From contig ADNK01001818.1 of NCBI GenBank assembly GCA_000320545.1, positions 1-35,200 of the forward strand: a stretch of DNA of 35,200 bases, in the 5' to 3' direction. Under the pieces are notes generated by a model. It did not search any database. It saw only the letters and a list, made by a program, of their open reading frames with translations, and had not been told where the DNA came from. This document shows positions 1-8,385 of the stretch, piece after piece. Both the position numbers and the translations under genes were made by a program. The stretch comes from Bigelowiella natans CCMP2755. Taxonomy: Eukaryota > Protista > Cercozoa. The number at the start of each line of letters is the position of its first letter. The stretch's first letter is position 1.

Positions 1-168
1 CCAGAGTTACCAAGCCGACAAAACGGCGAGCGTTGATCACAAGTGTACTCAAACATCGGAAGTGACAAATCCCTTGTAGACGACTTGACATGAAAGAGGT
101 ATTGTAAGCTGGAGAGTGCCATTTTGGCACGATCCGCTGAGATTAAGCCTTCGTTTCTTCGATTTGTC
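1..168 (+). rRNA. 3' end of eukaryotic LSU (28S/25S) rRNA gene (partial, runs off the window start)
   Basis: Conserved LSU 3'-terminal motifs AAATCCCTTGTAGACGACTT...GGTATTGTAAGC...GAGAGT...CACGATCCGCTGAGATTAAGCC...GATTTGT, recognised from eukaryotic 25S/28S ends. Exact 3' end approximate. Confidence 0.88.
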
Positions 169-548
169 CTTCGATTTCACAAACGATCATCCACACTCAA
201 AACATAGCTAATAGCGCAATCAGTATCATACATTTTACATGTATAATGCCAGTTGTGTTATTTTGTCCCCTTCCCCATTCAAAATATTACGGGGCTTTAA
301 TTACTTTTTGAAAACCTCGAATACCAATGCAATAAATAGCTGCGGGGTTTTAATTGAAAATCTCAAAATTTGTAACTTGAGGGGGTTTTCAAAAATCTCT
401 CCATTTTTACCGAAGATATTAAATGTTTTGCGGGGTTTCAAATTCTAACAGACAAATCCCCATGCGTATTGTTTCTGCGACAACACCAATCATGCTGAAA
501 CCATTGAACAAATCGAGGAGAAAAGAATGGCCATCCTCGCAATTGGTA

Positions 549-710
549 AGCCACTCCAAAGTGACACTTGAAAGAGACCCCCTCCTGTCCCCTCCCTCCC
601 ACGTGGGCCAGCGAGAAAAGACTGGACAGACAGTGATCGTCATCGTGTGTTGTCTTTGGTCAATCAACGGCCTGAGGCACCAAAGTGCGTTGAAAAGTGG
701 AGGCTCTGTG
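549..710. repeat. Degenerate TpA-free host repeat, left part (interrupted by the LTR element)
   Basis: No TA dinucleotide in 549..710. Carries the motif CCAGCGAGAAAAGACT...GTGTGTTGTCTTTGGT, shared with the reverse strand of ~35032..35088. Confidence 0.6.
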
Positions 711-1035
711 TGTTGCGCGTAAGGTGTTCACAGGCCGAGGCGCTACGTGCACAAGTAGGCAGGGGGGGGAAAGGCACGTTTGCTTCCTTTTGAAGAGTTG
801 TGTTTATTTTTATTAAAGATTATATTTTTATTAAATCGTGCACTGCGTAATCATTCGCGAAGCTTTCGCGAATGCCGCCGCACGTGGGGCAGCACACTTC
901 CGGTGTGCTGCCATGAGTCCCGCCGGAACCCACGTGCCTATGCTGTATTAATATCTACGTTATCTATATTCTATATCCGCGACAACCCCTTTGTTGTCGC
1001 ACGTGACTTGTGCCCGCGTAGTGGTACGCGCTACA
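711..1035 (-). repeat. 3' LTR (325 bp)
   Basis: Direct repeat of 6100..6425, preceded on the minus strand by the polypurine tract. Minus-strand AATAAA signals around 804..832. Confidence 0.97.
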
Positions 1036-1044
1036 CCTCCCCCA
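1036..1044 (-). promoter_or_regulatory. Polypurine tract
   Basis: TGGGGGAGG abuts the TG of the 3' LTR on the minus strand. A further purine-rich run AAGGGAATAAGGAAGGAAGGAAGGAG lies at ~1055..1080. Confidence 0.8.
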
Positions 1045-1086
1045 AGTCACGTTGCTCCTTCCTTCCTTCCTTATTCCCTTAGACCT

Positions 1087-4000
1087 TCATCGCTTTCGGA
1101 ACTTCACCAACCACCAGGTAATAGATTCCTCTCTAACCTTATCTCCTTTGTCGCTTACCCAGAACTCACCTTCGTCCTTAGGTTCGTGTCCATACCAGCC
1201 CTCTGCATCAAGGTCCCCCAGGACCTTATACCAGTGCTCAAAGGGTAAGTCGGGAACAGCTAGGTAGAGTAGCTGATATTTTCCGTCCTTTATTTTCATA
1301 GCTACCCTCTCCATATTTCGTAATCCAGGGTAGCCTAGATAGACAATCTTCATGCGCCAATCGTCGTTCACCCTGACCTTATTGTTTCCATATTCCACAT
1401 CGAACTTAGGTCGGGGTCCTAAACAAGGCATTGCTCGCTCCCACACAGTAGGGTTTACTTTAACATCCTCTAGGAGCTTCTCACCGATATCATAATTCTT
1501 TAGGTGACTGATGTGGCGCAAGGTGACCCTGTTCCCATCATAGATGTAGTACTGCTTCCTCCCCTTCCTCTCGGTAACCTTTGCAACGCCACCCCAGAAG
1601 GGGTCTTGTTTATTTCTCGATCTCAGATTTACCTTGGCCCTAACATACTGTCCTTCCTTTAGAACTCGGCCATCGTACGGGACCTTCTCGTCTTCGCTCT
1701 CGGTATCGTCGTCGTTGTCGTCGCCTTCTTCCCTCTCCTTATCCTTGATACCTCCCCCAGACGTGAAGGTGTCGTTTACTAACCCTTGTATCTTGTCTGG
1801 TGTGGTGCTATTTATCCTGCTTAGGTTGGCCAAGGTGCGGTGGAGTCGCTCTACCTTGGAGTTGGACTGGGCATAGTATACAGGTGAGGCATCAATATTA
1901 GGGTGTGGTAGCTGTAGAAGAGAGGTCTCATTATCCACATGTAACTTCTTTGGTATCTTGTTTATGCTAACTTCATCAGGGATAGCCTGGAGCTCAGACT
2001 CCCAGGTACGGTAGCAGTTAGTAAGCCTCTGCTTATATAAGCCTTTGTTCTTCTTAGCAACGTTGACCTTGATAATCTTTTTAACCCAGCACTTTCCAGT
2101 GGCCACATCAACGAAGGTAAGGTAGTGATAGCCATCGTACTTATAAACATCAATTTGCACGATATCTAAGAAGTTCCTTGCTTTGATTTTCTTAGATGCA
2201 CGGCTCTTGCTGGACTCCTTGGTGGCGACGCCTGCCGCCTTCAAGCTGGAGCACCTGCAGCCACGCAGGTATGTCCTTATCTCTTTTAGCTTGTAGGGCC
2301 AGTAGTAATGGTAGAGTAGAGCAGTGATATGGTTTTCTCCTACGTGTGCAGGTCCATGGGCGGTAAAGAGAAGGGCTCCCCTGGTCCGCCGTGGCACGTA
2401 GGTACGCCTAACATTATTAGTGTATACATATATCCTATCACTAAGTACCTCATGCTTGTGTTTGTATTTATCCAGGTGTTCTTGAAGGTGCTGGAGCTCC
2501 TCTGGCTCAGGCAGGAAGTCGCCGTCCTCGAAGGTAATCGCGTTAACCATAGGGGTGACCTGGGTAGGGACTTTCTTTTCGAACAGCCTGCTGAAATAGT
2601 CAGCAAGCTGCTTGTCTCCTGGTGCGTAGACCACTGTCCTCTTGTCCCTAAACTCTTCCGTGTCCGCCCTCATAGCTGCATACTCATCGTTAGGCGCTTC
2701 GAGCTTGCGGTCGATGCCTAGGAGGGGCTTGTGGTCAGTCATTAAGGTGAAGCTGGGCACCGACAGCAGGTAGTATCTTAGTTTCCTCTGCGCCTCAGTC
2801 ATGGCTTTATACTCTCCTTTTGTAGGGCTGTACTTGGCCTCAGCTGCTGTGCAGGCCCTGCCCCACACCCGTATGATCTGCTGGTCTTGGGTAAGTACAG
2901 CAGCCATACCTAGCTTAGACCAGTCTGTCCATAGGGTAGCTGGTCTAGTAGTGTCTAGCTTAGCATTCAATAGGGTGTTGCTGCATAACTTTATTAGGTT
3001 ATCGAAGTGGGCATCAAGGCCAGCCTTGGCCCACACCTTAGCGAAGCTGAGGCCTACAGAGTTCTCCTTCCGGTAAGCAGTAGTAAAAGCAGCTGCAGTC
3101 CTAGCGTAGGTAGGGGAGAACCTACGTAGTATCCAAGCTGCAGTCTGCAAGAATGACTTTAACTCCTTTGCATTCTTAGGTTTAGGGGCTTGCTGTAGTG
3201 CTGCTACTTTCTCGGGGTTTGGGGTGATGCGGCCTTGCTCCAGGTAATATCCACACCACTTGATTCTTGTAGCTAGGAATGTACACTTCTGCAGTCTAAT
3301 AGTAAAACCGAAGTGTGCAAACCTAATAAATATATTTTCCAGGAGGAAGATCTGAGCGACGACTGTGTTGGTACATATTATGTCATCATCCACATACACA
3401 AACACAAACACCCACAACACAGACGCCATCCCATCATGTGTGTATGCCCTGTAGTTCTGACTACTGAACGCATCCCCTGATATGCTTAGGCCGTAAGGGA
3501 ATACGACGAAGTGCCACTTCCTGTGCCTGCTGGAGAACGCGGTAATGGGGCGGGAGGTTTTGTGGATGGGTGTCTGCATGTATGATTCATTTTTATCTAG
3601 GGAAGAGTAGTATTTGTATCCTATGACGTGTTCAATAACGTCATCTATCCTTGGTGTAGGTGTCTGGATCCTCTTTATTACTCGGTTGTGGCGGATGAAG
3701 TTGTGCGCCAGGCGGAAGAAAGGGTAAGTAGGTTTCTTAGCTAGCACATGTCTCACGTTCCATGGTGAGTTGCTTGGCTCTATCTTCCCTTCCTTTGCCC
3801 ATTCATTGATCTGCCACTCTATCTTTTCCCAGTCCGCTTCCGGTCGCCTATGTTCTGGGTCATTGATGATGCACTCTTCGTATCCCTTCTTTAGCTCGAT
3901 CTTTACTGGGGTAAGCTTGCTGGAGGGCTTCGTCGTCGGCTTGGTGATGTCAGAGTACTTCTCGTTTAATATTTTATTAATGTACTTTTTGCCTTTGTCG

Positions 4001-6060
4001 ATATCCCAATCATCAGCTGGGGGGGTCTTGTCCAGTAGCTCCGTTATCTGTCGGATGGTCTTGCCGGGGTTCTTCTTCCGTAGCTCGGTAGGTGTAGGTA
4101 GCTTGTTGTCCGCTAGGTCCATAAACTCTAACGCATTAACGCTTGACTCAGAGGTCCACTCGTCAAGCCGTATCATGTTCTGGCTGATGGTCCTGCCTGA
4201 CTTCTTTGGCAACTTAGCAAAGTATATCTTGTGATTGTAGAATGATATGATCCCCCCTAATTTTTCTAGGGCATCCTGTCCGAGGAGTAGTTCCATGGAT
4301 AAAGTCATGGCTACTCGGGTCTTGATTTGGGTCTCCGCGTCGCTGCCAGGTATCTGTAGCTTTAGCATTAGCTCACCGACGGTCTTCATGGAAGAGCTTC
4401 CGTCTGCTTGAGCATATTTACGTTCTTTCTTAGTCACTTGATCCAATAGTCCTAACCTTCTTACTGTGCTTAGGCTTATGAAGGACTTCGGCATGCTGCC
4501 ACTATCCCAAAGGGCAGGTAGTTTCTTGTAGTCTCCGTAGCTGTCTTTAACTTTAACCTTGGTCATAGCAACTTTGATAGTCCTGTTAGCGTCTTCGTCA
4601 TTAATGTTGCATACTCCTAAGTTCTTTATGTCGTCTAGGGTCATGGGCTTGTCTTGGTCCTGCGTTGCTGGTACTGCTGTCTTCGTCGGCGCCTGCTTAA
4701 GGTGATCTAATATTCCGTTTATCTGCTGCTGTATAGCATTGATACTGTTCTGCTTTTTGTTCTTATATTTATTGTTCTTCCCGTTGTTGCTGCCTTGCCA
4801 TTTGCTGTTGTTATATCCTTGTCCTCTGCCTTTCTTTCTCTTTAACTTCTCGTAGTGTTCGTTGAGCTGCCTGATCGTCATCCTGGGTCGTCCTTCTTTC
4901 CTGTCTCTGCAGTCTTTAGCGGTGTGTTTCCCTTTACGTGAGCAGTATCCGCAACGTCGGTTACCTTCCCTGTCCTTGTACCAGTCTCGCTGCGGCTTAA
5001 TAGCGTTAATGTTTCCTATGCCAGGTACCTTAGGGCTGGTAAACTTGCGGTCCTGCTCCTGCTCGCGTAGGGATATAGCCTGCACTGCTGCCTCCATCGT
5101 GGTGTAGCCTTTCTCCGTAACGTAAGTGGATTCCTTTATCTTTAACTTGAACTCTTCAAACCTTGCCTGATCATCACCTGTGTTGTAATTAAAATCATGT
5201 AGTTCGTCGATCATATCCTGGAAGCGCGTGGCAAAGTCTCTAACAGGTTCTCTCTCATGCTGCATCATTGCTCTGTATTTTCTAATAGCCTGGGGTAGGG
5301 AGTTAGCATCCTGTTCATTTACAAAAGCCTTCATTATCGCCTCAACGTCTCGTAGCCCACTAACTGTAGTGTGTATTTTCTCTAGCTGCCTGATCCGGGT
5401 CCTGCCTGTCTCGTAAAGGTCCATGGCTTGCTTTATTATAGCTAGCCATTTGAGCTTGTCGTTTTCGGTGGGGTTAGGGGTAAAGTCGCAGAGTATACTC
5501 CTAGCGTTCTTCCACCACCTCCTTGCCTCACCTCTTTTCCCGTTGTATTTCGTTATCATAACCGGTGCTGTTTTAACAGACATGAACTGGGTGTTCCGCT
5601 GTACCGGCTGCTGCTGCTTGACGGTGCTCTGGGTCGTCCCCCGCGAGGCGCCCAGACCCCCGTCGTTCCTAAACAAAGCTGCCCACTCTGGAGGTAAGTC
5701 TGCTTCGTAATCCATGATGTCCTGCATGATAGCTGCCCAAACATCATGTGTCTGATACTTGTATTCTATCGATACTTTCAGTTTGGCGTAGTTGCTCGCC
5801 CTGGGTCGCAAGGCTCGTAATGCCATTACGACCTTCTTGCTTTCGGCGGCCACGTCCTCGTCGTCCGCCTCGTAGAAGTTCTCCAGTGCCTCTGCTGCTG
5901 CATCTGCTTTCTTAATCCCGGGTGCTGGTCCCGGCGGTGCCTGTGGAGGTGTTCCTCCTCCTTCCTTAGCGTCCGTATCGCCCTTCCTTTCCTGTTTCTG
6001 CTCGTGCCCTTGCACGGCCTGCGAGCCAAAGTCCTGCTGTTCTTCTAGCTGCTGTGACAT
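1087..6060 (-). CDS. Single-ORF Gag-Pol polyprotein (capsid, zinc knuckle, aspartic protease, RT, RNase H, integrase, SH3/GPY-F-like segment, C-terminal Dam-like domain)
   Basis: 1657-aa ORF. Motifs: Gag YRAMMQHEREPVRDFATRF; knuckle CGYCSRKGKHTAKDC (~4908..4953); protease ALWDSGS (~4500); RT VFPYGL and YVDD (~3385..3396); RNase H LWTDWS...TDHKPL...LADYFSR; integrase HGPAH...CRC, IVQID, VDNE, SNSKVER. Confidence 0.96.
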   Translation of the reverse strand: MSQQLEEQQDFGSQAVQGHEQKQERKGDTDAKEGGGTPPQAPPGPAPGIKKADAAAEALENFYEADDEDVAAESKKVVMALRALRPRASNYAKLKVSIEYKYQTHDVWAAIMQDIMDYEADLPPEWAALFRNDGGLGASRGTTQSTVKQQQPVQRNTQFMSVKTAPVMITKYNGKRGEARRWWKNARSILCDFTPNPTENDKLKWLAIIKQAMDLYETGRTRIRQLEKIHTTVSGLRDVEAIMKAFVNEQDANSLPQAIRKYRAMMQHEREPVRDFATRFQDMIDELHDFNYNTGDDQARFEEFKLKIKESTYVTEKGYTTMEAAVQAISLREQEQDRKFTSPKVPGIGNINAIKPQRDWYKDREGNRRCGYCSRKGKHTAKDCRDRKEGRPRMTIRQLNEHYEKLKRKKGRGQGYNNSKWQGSNNGKNNKYKNKKQNSINAIQQQINGILDHLKQAPTKTAVPATQDQDKPMTLDDIKNLGVCNINDEDANRTIKVAMTKVKVKDSYGDYKKLPALWDSGSMPKSFISLSTVRRLGLLDQVTKKERKYAQADGSSSMKTVGELMLKLQIPGSDAETQIKTRVAMTLSMELLLGQDALEKLGGIISFYNHKIYFAKLPKKSGRTISQNMIRLDEWTSESSVNALEFMDLADNKLPTPTELRKKNPGKTIRQITELLDKTPPADDWDIDKGKKYINKILNEKYSDITKPTTKPSSKLTPVKIELKKGYEECIINDPEHRRPEADWEKIEWQINEWAKEGKIEPSNSPWNVRHVLAKKPTYPFFRLAHNFIRHNRVIKRIQTPTPRIDDVIEHVIGYKYYSSLDKNESYMQTPIHKTSRPITAFSSRHRKWHFVVFPYGLSISGDAFSSQNYRAYTHDGMASVLWVFVFVYVDDDIICTNTVVAQIFLLENIFIRFAHFGFTIRLQKCTFLATRIKWCGYYLEQGRITPNPEKVAALQQAPKPKNAKELKSFLQTAAWILRRFSPTYARTAAAFTTAYRKENSVGLSFAKVWAKAGLDAHFDNLIKLCSNTLLNAKLDTTRPATLWTDWSKLGMAAVLTQDQQIIRVWGRACTAAEAKYSPTKGEYKAMTEAQRKLRYYLLSVPSFTLMTDHKPLLGIDRKLEAPNDEYAAMRADTEEFRDKRTVVYAPGDKQLADYFSRLFEKKVPTQVTPMVNAITFEDGDFLPEPEELQHLQEHLDKYKHKHEVLSDRIYVYTNNVRRTYVPRRTRGALLFTAHGPAHVGENHITALLYHYYWPYKLKEIRTYLRGCRCSSLKAAGVATKESSKSRASKKIKARNFLDIVQIDVYKYDGYHYLTFVDVATGKCWVKKIIKVNVAKKNKGLYKQRLTNCYRTWESELQAIPDEVSINKIPKKLHVDNETSLLQLPHPNIDASPVYYAQSNSKVERLHRTLANLSRINSTTPDKIQGLVNDTFTSGGGIKDKEREEGDDNDDDTESEDEKVPYDGRVLKEGQYVRAKVNLRSRNKQDPFWGGVAKVTERKGRKQYYIYDGNRVTLRHISHLKNYDIGEKLLEDVKVNPTVWERAMPCLGPRPKFDVEYGNNKVRVNDDWRMKIVYLGYPGLRNMERVAMKIKDGKYQLLYLAVPDLPFEHWYKVLGDLDAEGWYGHEPKDEGEFWVSDKGDKVREESITWWLVKFRKR

Positions 6061-6076
6061 TGTTAGTCAAATCGTT

Positions 6077-6094
6077 TCCCGTGTGTGGAAGCCA
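6077..6094 (-). promoter_or_regulatory. Primer-binding site (tRNA 3'-end complement)
   Basis: Minus strand reads TGGCTTCCACACACGGGA, 5 nt after the 5' LTR. The plus strand TCCCGTGTGTGGAAG-CCA fits tRNA positions 59-76. The isotype cannot be fixed; A72/G73 is compatible with Arg, Asp or Glu. Confidence 0.7.
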
Positions 6095-6099
6095 AAGGT

Positions 6100-6425
6100 T
6101 GTTGCGCGTAAGGTGTTCACAGGCCGAGGCGCTACGTGCACAAGTAGGCAGGGGGGGGGAAAGGCACGTTTGCTTCCTTTTGAAGAGTTGTGTTTATTTT
6201 TATTAAAGATTATATTTTTATTAAATCGTGCACTGCGTAATCATTCGCGAAGCTTTCGCGAATGCCGCCGCACGTGGGGCAGCACACTTCCGGTGTGCTG
6301 CCATGAGTCCCGCCGGAACCCACGTGCCTATGCTGTATTAATATCTACGTTATCTATATTCTATATCCGCGACAACCCCTTTGTTGTCGCACGTGACTTG
6401 TGCCCGCGTAGTGGTACGCGCTACA
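6100..6425 (-). repeat. 5' LTR (326 bp)
   Basis: Matches 711..1035 apart from a G run of 9 instead of 8. Terminal imperfect inverted repeat TGTTGCGCGTA / TACGCGCTACA (10 of 11 match). Confidence 0.97.
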
Positions 6426-6915
6426 TGTGAACAGCTCTGAACAACACGCCGCACACCCTGTTCGTGTTTTGCATCAGCAACGTGCACAAGCGTGCATCCG
6501 TTTGCACAAGACTGAACAACAAACAGGCACTTGGACTCAGCCAGTGAGCGACTTGTCTTGTGACAATGCTCAATGAGCTGCAGACGCGTCGATCTGCATT
6601 GTGTGTGTGCAGGCCAGCTGAGCGAGAAAAGACTGGTCATTGTTGCAGTTGTCGCCATTGTCACGTGTCCGCATGGACGACATGTGTGAACACAAGTTGA
6701 AAGATGCAGCACTGTCATCTGCACCTGTGCATGCTGAATCACATTCGAACAATGTGTGAGAACACCTTTTTCATGCAAGTTGAATGACAACAACTTCGGC
6801 GTTTGTGGTCGCAGCGCTTGCATGTGCGTGCGTGCCGCAGTGACATGGCACGCTTGCGAACAAATGATGCACAATTGGAATTTCAAATTGAGCATGCATG
6901 CATGCTTGCAATGGG
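6426..6915. repeat. Degenerate TpA-free host repeat, right part
   Basis: No TA in 490 bp. AGCGACTTGTCTTGTGACAA...GAGCTGCAGACGC...AGCGAGAAAAGACT is shared with ~35075..35152 (reverse strand) and partly with 610..625. Confidence 0.65.
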
Positions 6916-6941
6916 TACCAGCATCAATGCACATGCTGATT

Positions 6942-7321
6942 TTAATTGTATTCCTCGTCCTCAACCACTTCCTCGAAATCATCAGCGGCATCCACGGGAG
7001 CTTCATAGTCGTCATCAGCTGCGCTATGATCGCCAGTTTTTGCATCGTTTAACGACATACCAGACTGCGACGCCGCATCACCTATTTAAAATGCATTGTG
7101 TACTGAATGGTTGCATTAAGTAACCTATCAGAACATTTGTGTTTTGATGCAATCAAACCTGTGAACCACCGATACGCGTAAGGAATCAAGAAGTTTTTGA
7201 AGATGGATGCAATATCGAGATCCTCCTGGCAAAGGTTGTGGAAAGAGAAAGAGAAGAAAAAATGTAGATTTTAAAGTAATCAATATAACACACACACGCA
7301 CACAAAACATATATGTACATT

Positions 7322-7359
<38 letters not shown>

Positions 7360-8339
7360 TGTGCCTGTATAAATATTTAACATTTTCTAACAAAAAGAGA
7401 GAGAAGAGAGAAAATATTGTGAGTATTCTTATTCATCTAAGATGTTTTATTTGTGTTTCAGTTCGTATACCTCGAGGCGTTCCTGCCGCTCTTCAGGTGT
7501 TAACGCGGCATTGACCTGATCATTCATTAAGTTGAAATGAATTCTTTTTGCACCATGCCCTCGCTCAAATTTTGTTTCGTGAGGATCCTTGGTACCTTAT
7601 CTTCTTCCTGTTGCCGCTTTTCCTGCTCTTCATCCTGCATAGTCGGAAAGTCTTCGTTTTCGCCACCTAATGAATCAGAAATATAGTATCACCATAAGCA
7701 TCATCTGCAACTCACATACCGTTAGAACGACAAAATATTTACACCAGACAGGCTGAAAGCGATCAAACTAGGATGGAGAAAATAAGGGAGAAATGTAGCG
7801 ACGAATACCTTCTGGAGCATTCTCCGCTTTCAATGAATTCTCCTTCTCACCAAAACTGAGAGACTGGAACCTGGGATATCAGGAGATGTGAATCGTCATC
7901 TTTAACAAAAAAACAACATGGATATGAATGTGAGCAGTGAAAAATATCACATTGCTTTGGTTGCCATGATTGTTGAGAAATGTATTTCATTCAGTGTGTG
8001 ATTTGCTCTTTGTCCTTTGCGAGATTTTTTCGCCAATCAATCTTGTGATAATGCTATATCCTTCATTCTAGGCTATGGCAACACACCATTCGAAAAAGCT
8101 AGTTTCTCCATTCTTCCTAGCTACGGACAGCAGGTTCGTTGATGGGCTCCTCCATGAAATACGCTGCAGAAATGAGGATGATGATGACTCAGATATGAAC
8201 GTTAAATTTGTCAACAAAATTGAATGGATTTTCCCCCATAGGATTGATCAGAGTGGTGTTCCAAACATACTTTTTTGGCACACCTTTTGGTAGAATATCA
8301 TTGAGCTACACCATTGTGGAAACAACAATATAATATTTT

Positions 8340-8385
<46 letters not shown>

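Larger units (their letters stand above)
711..6425 (-). mobile_element. Full-length Ty3/Gypsy-type LTR retrotransposon (5715 bp), recent insertion
   Basis: Two direct repeats (711..1035 and 6100..6425) with TG...CA termini. 4-bp TSD TGTG at 707..710 and 6426..6429. PBS, PPT and an intact gag-pol ORF with PR-RT-RH-IN domain order. Confidence 0.97.

Noticed and set aside
286-441. Telomeric repeats
   Set aside because: The GGGGTTT-like motifs are dispersed ~40-55 bp apart, not tandem.
780-1082. 100-aa ORF duplicated at 6083..6430
   Set aside because: Simply the antisense translation of the two LTRs.
1087-1490. Chromodomain or env at the polyprotein C-terminus
   Set aside because: No chromodomain Y.V+W.G...(T/S)WE signature and no signal peptide or TM anchor. 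The pattern fits a Dam-like domain better.
1634-5710. Many plus-strand ORFs inside the retrotransposon
   Set aside because: Antisense shadows of the long gag-pol frame, with no independent motifs.
6071-6094. tRNA gene
   Set aside because: Only ~18 nt resembling a tRNA 3' end including CCA, with no cloverleaf; this is the PBS.
711-6425. Classification as a DIRS element because of the MT-like domain
   Set aside because: It has direct LTRs, a TSD, a protease and a DDE integrase, and no tyrosine recombinase.
6426-6915. CpG methylation decay or RIP as the cause of TG/CA richness
   Set aside because: CpG is still plentiful and TpA is absent rather than enriched.
6350-7045. 231-aa minus-strand ORF rich in Cys/His (and similar ORFs at 34476..35180)
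   Set aside because: An artefact of TpA loss: without TA there are no TAA/TAG stops, and TG/CA enrichment inflates Cys, His and Ala. It has no recognisable domain and overlaps the LTR and the last NAP exon in another frame.
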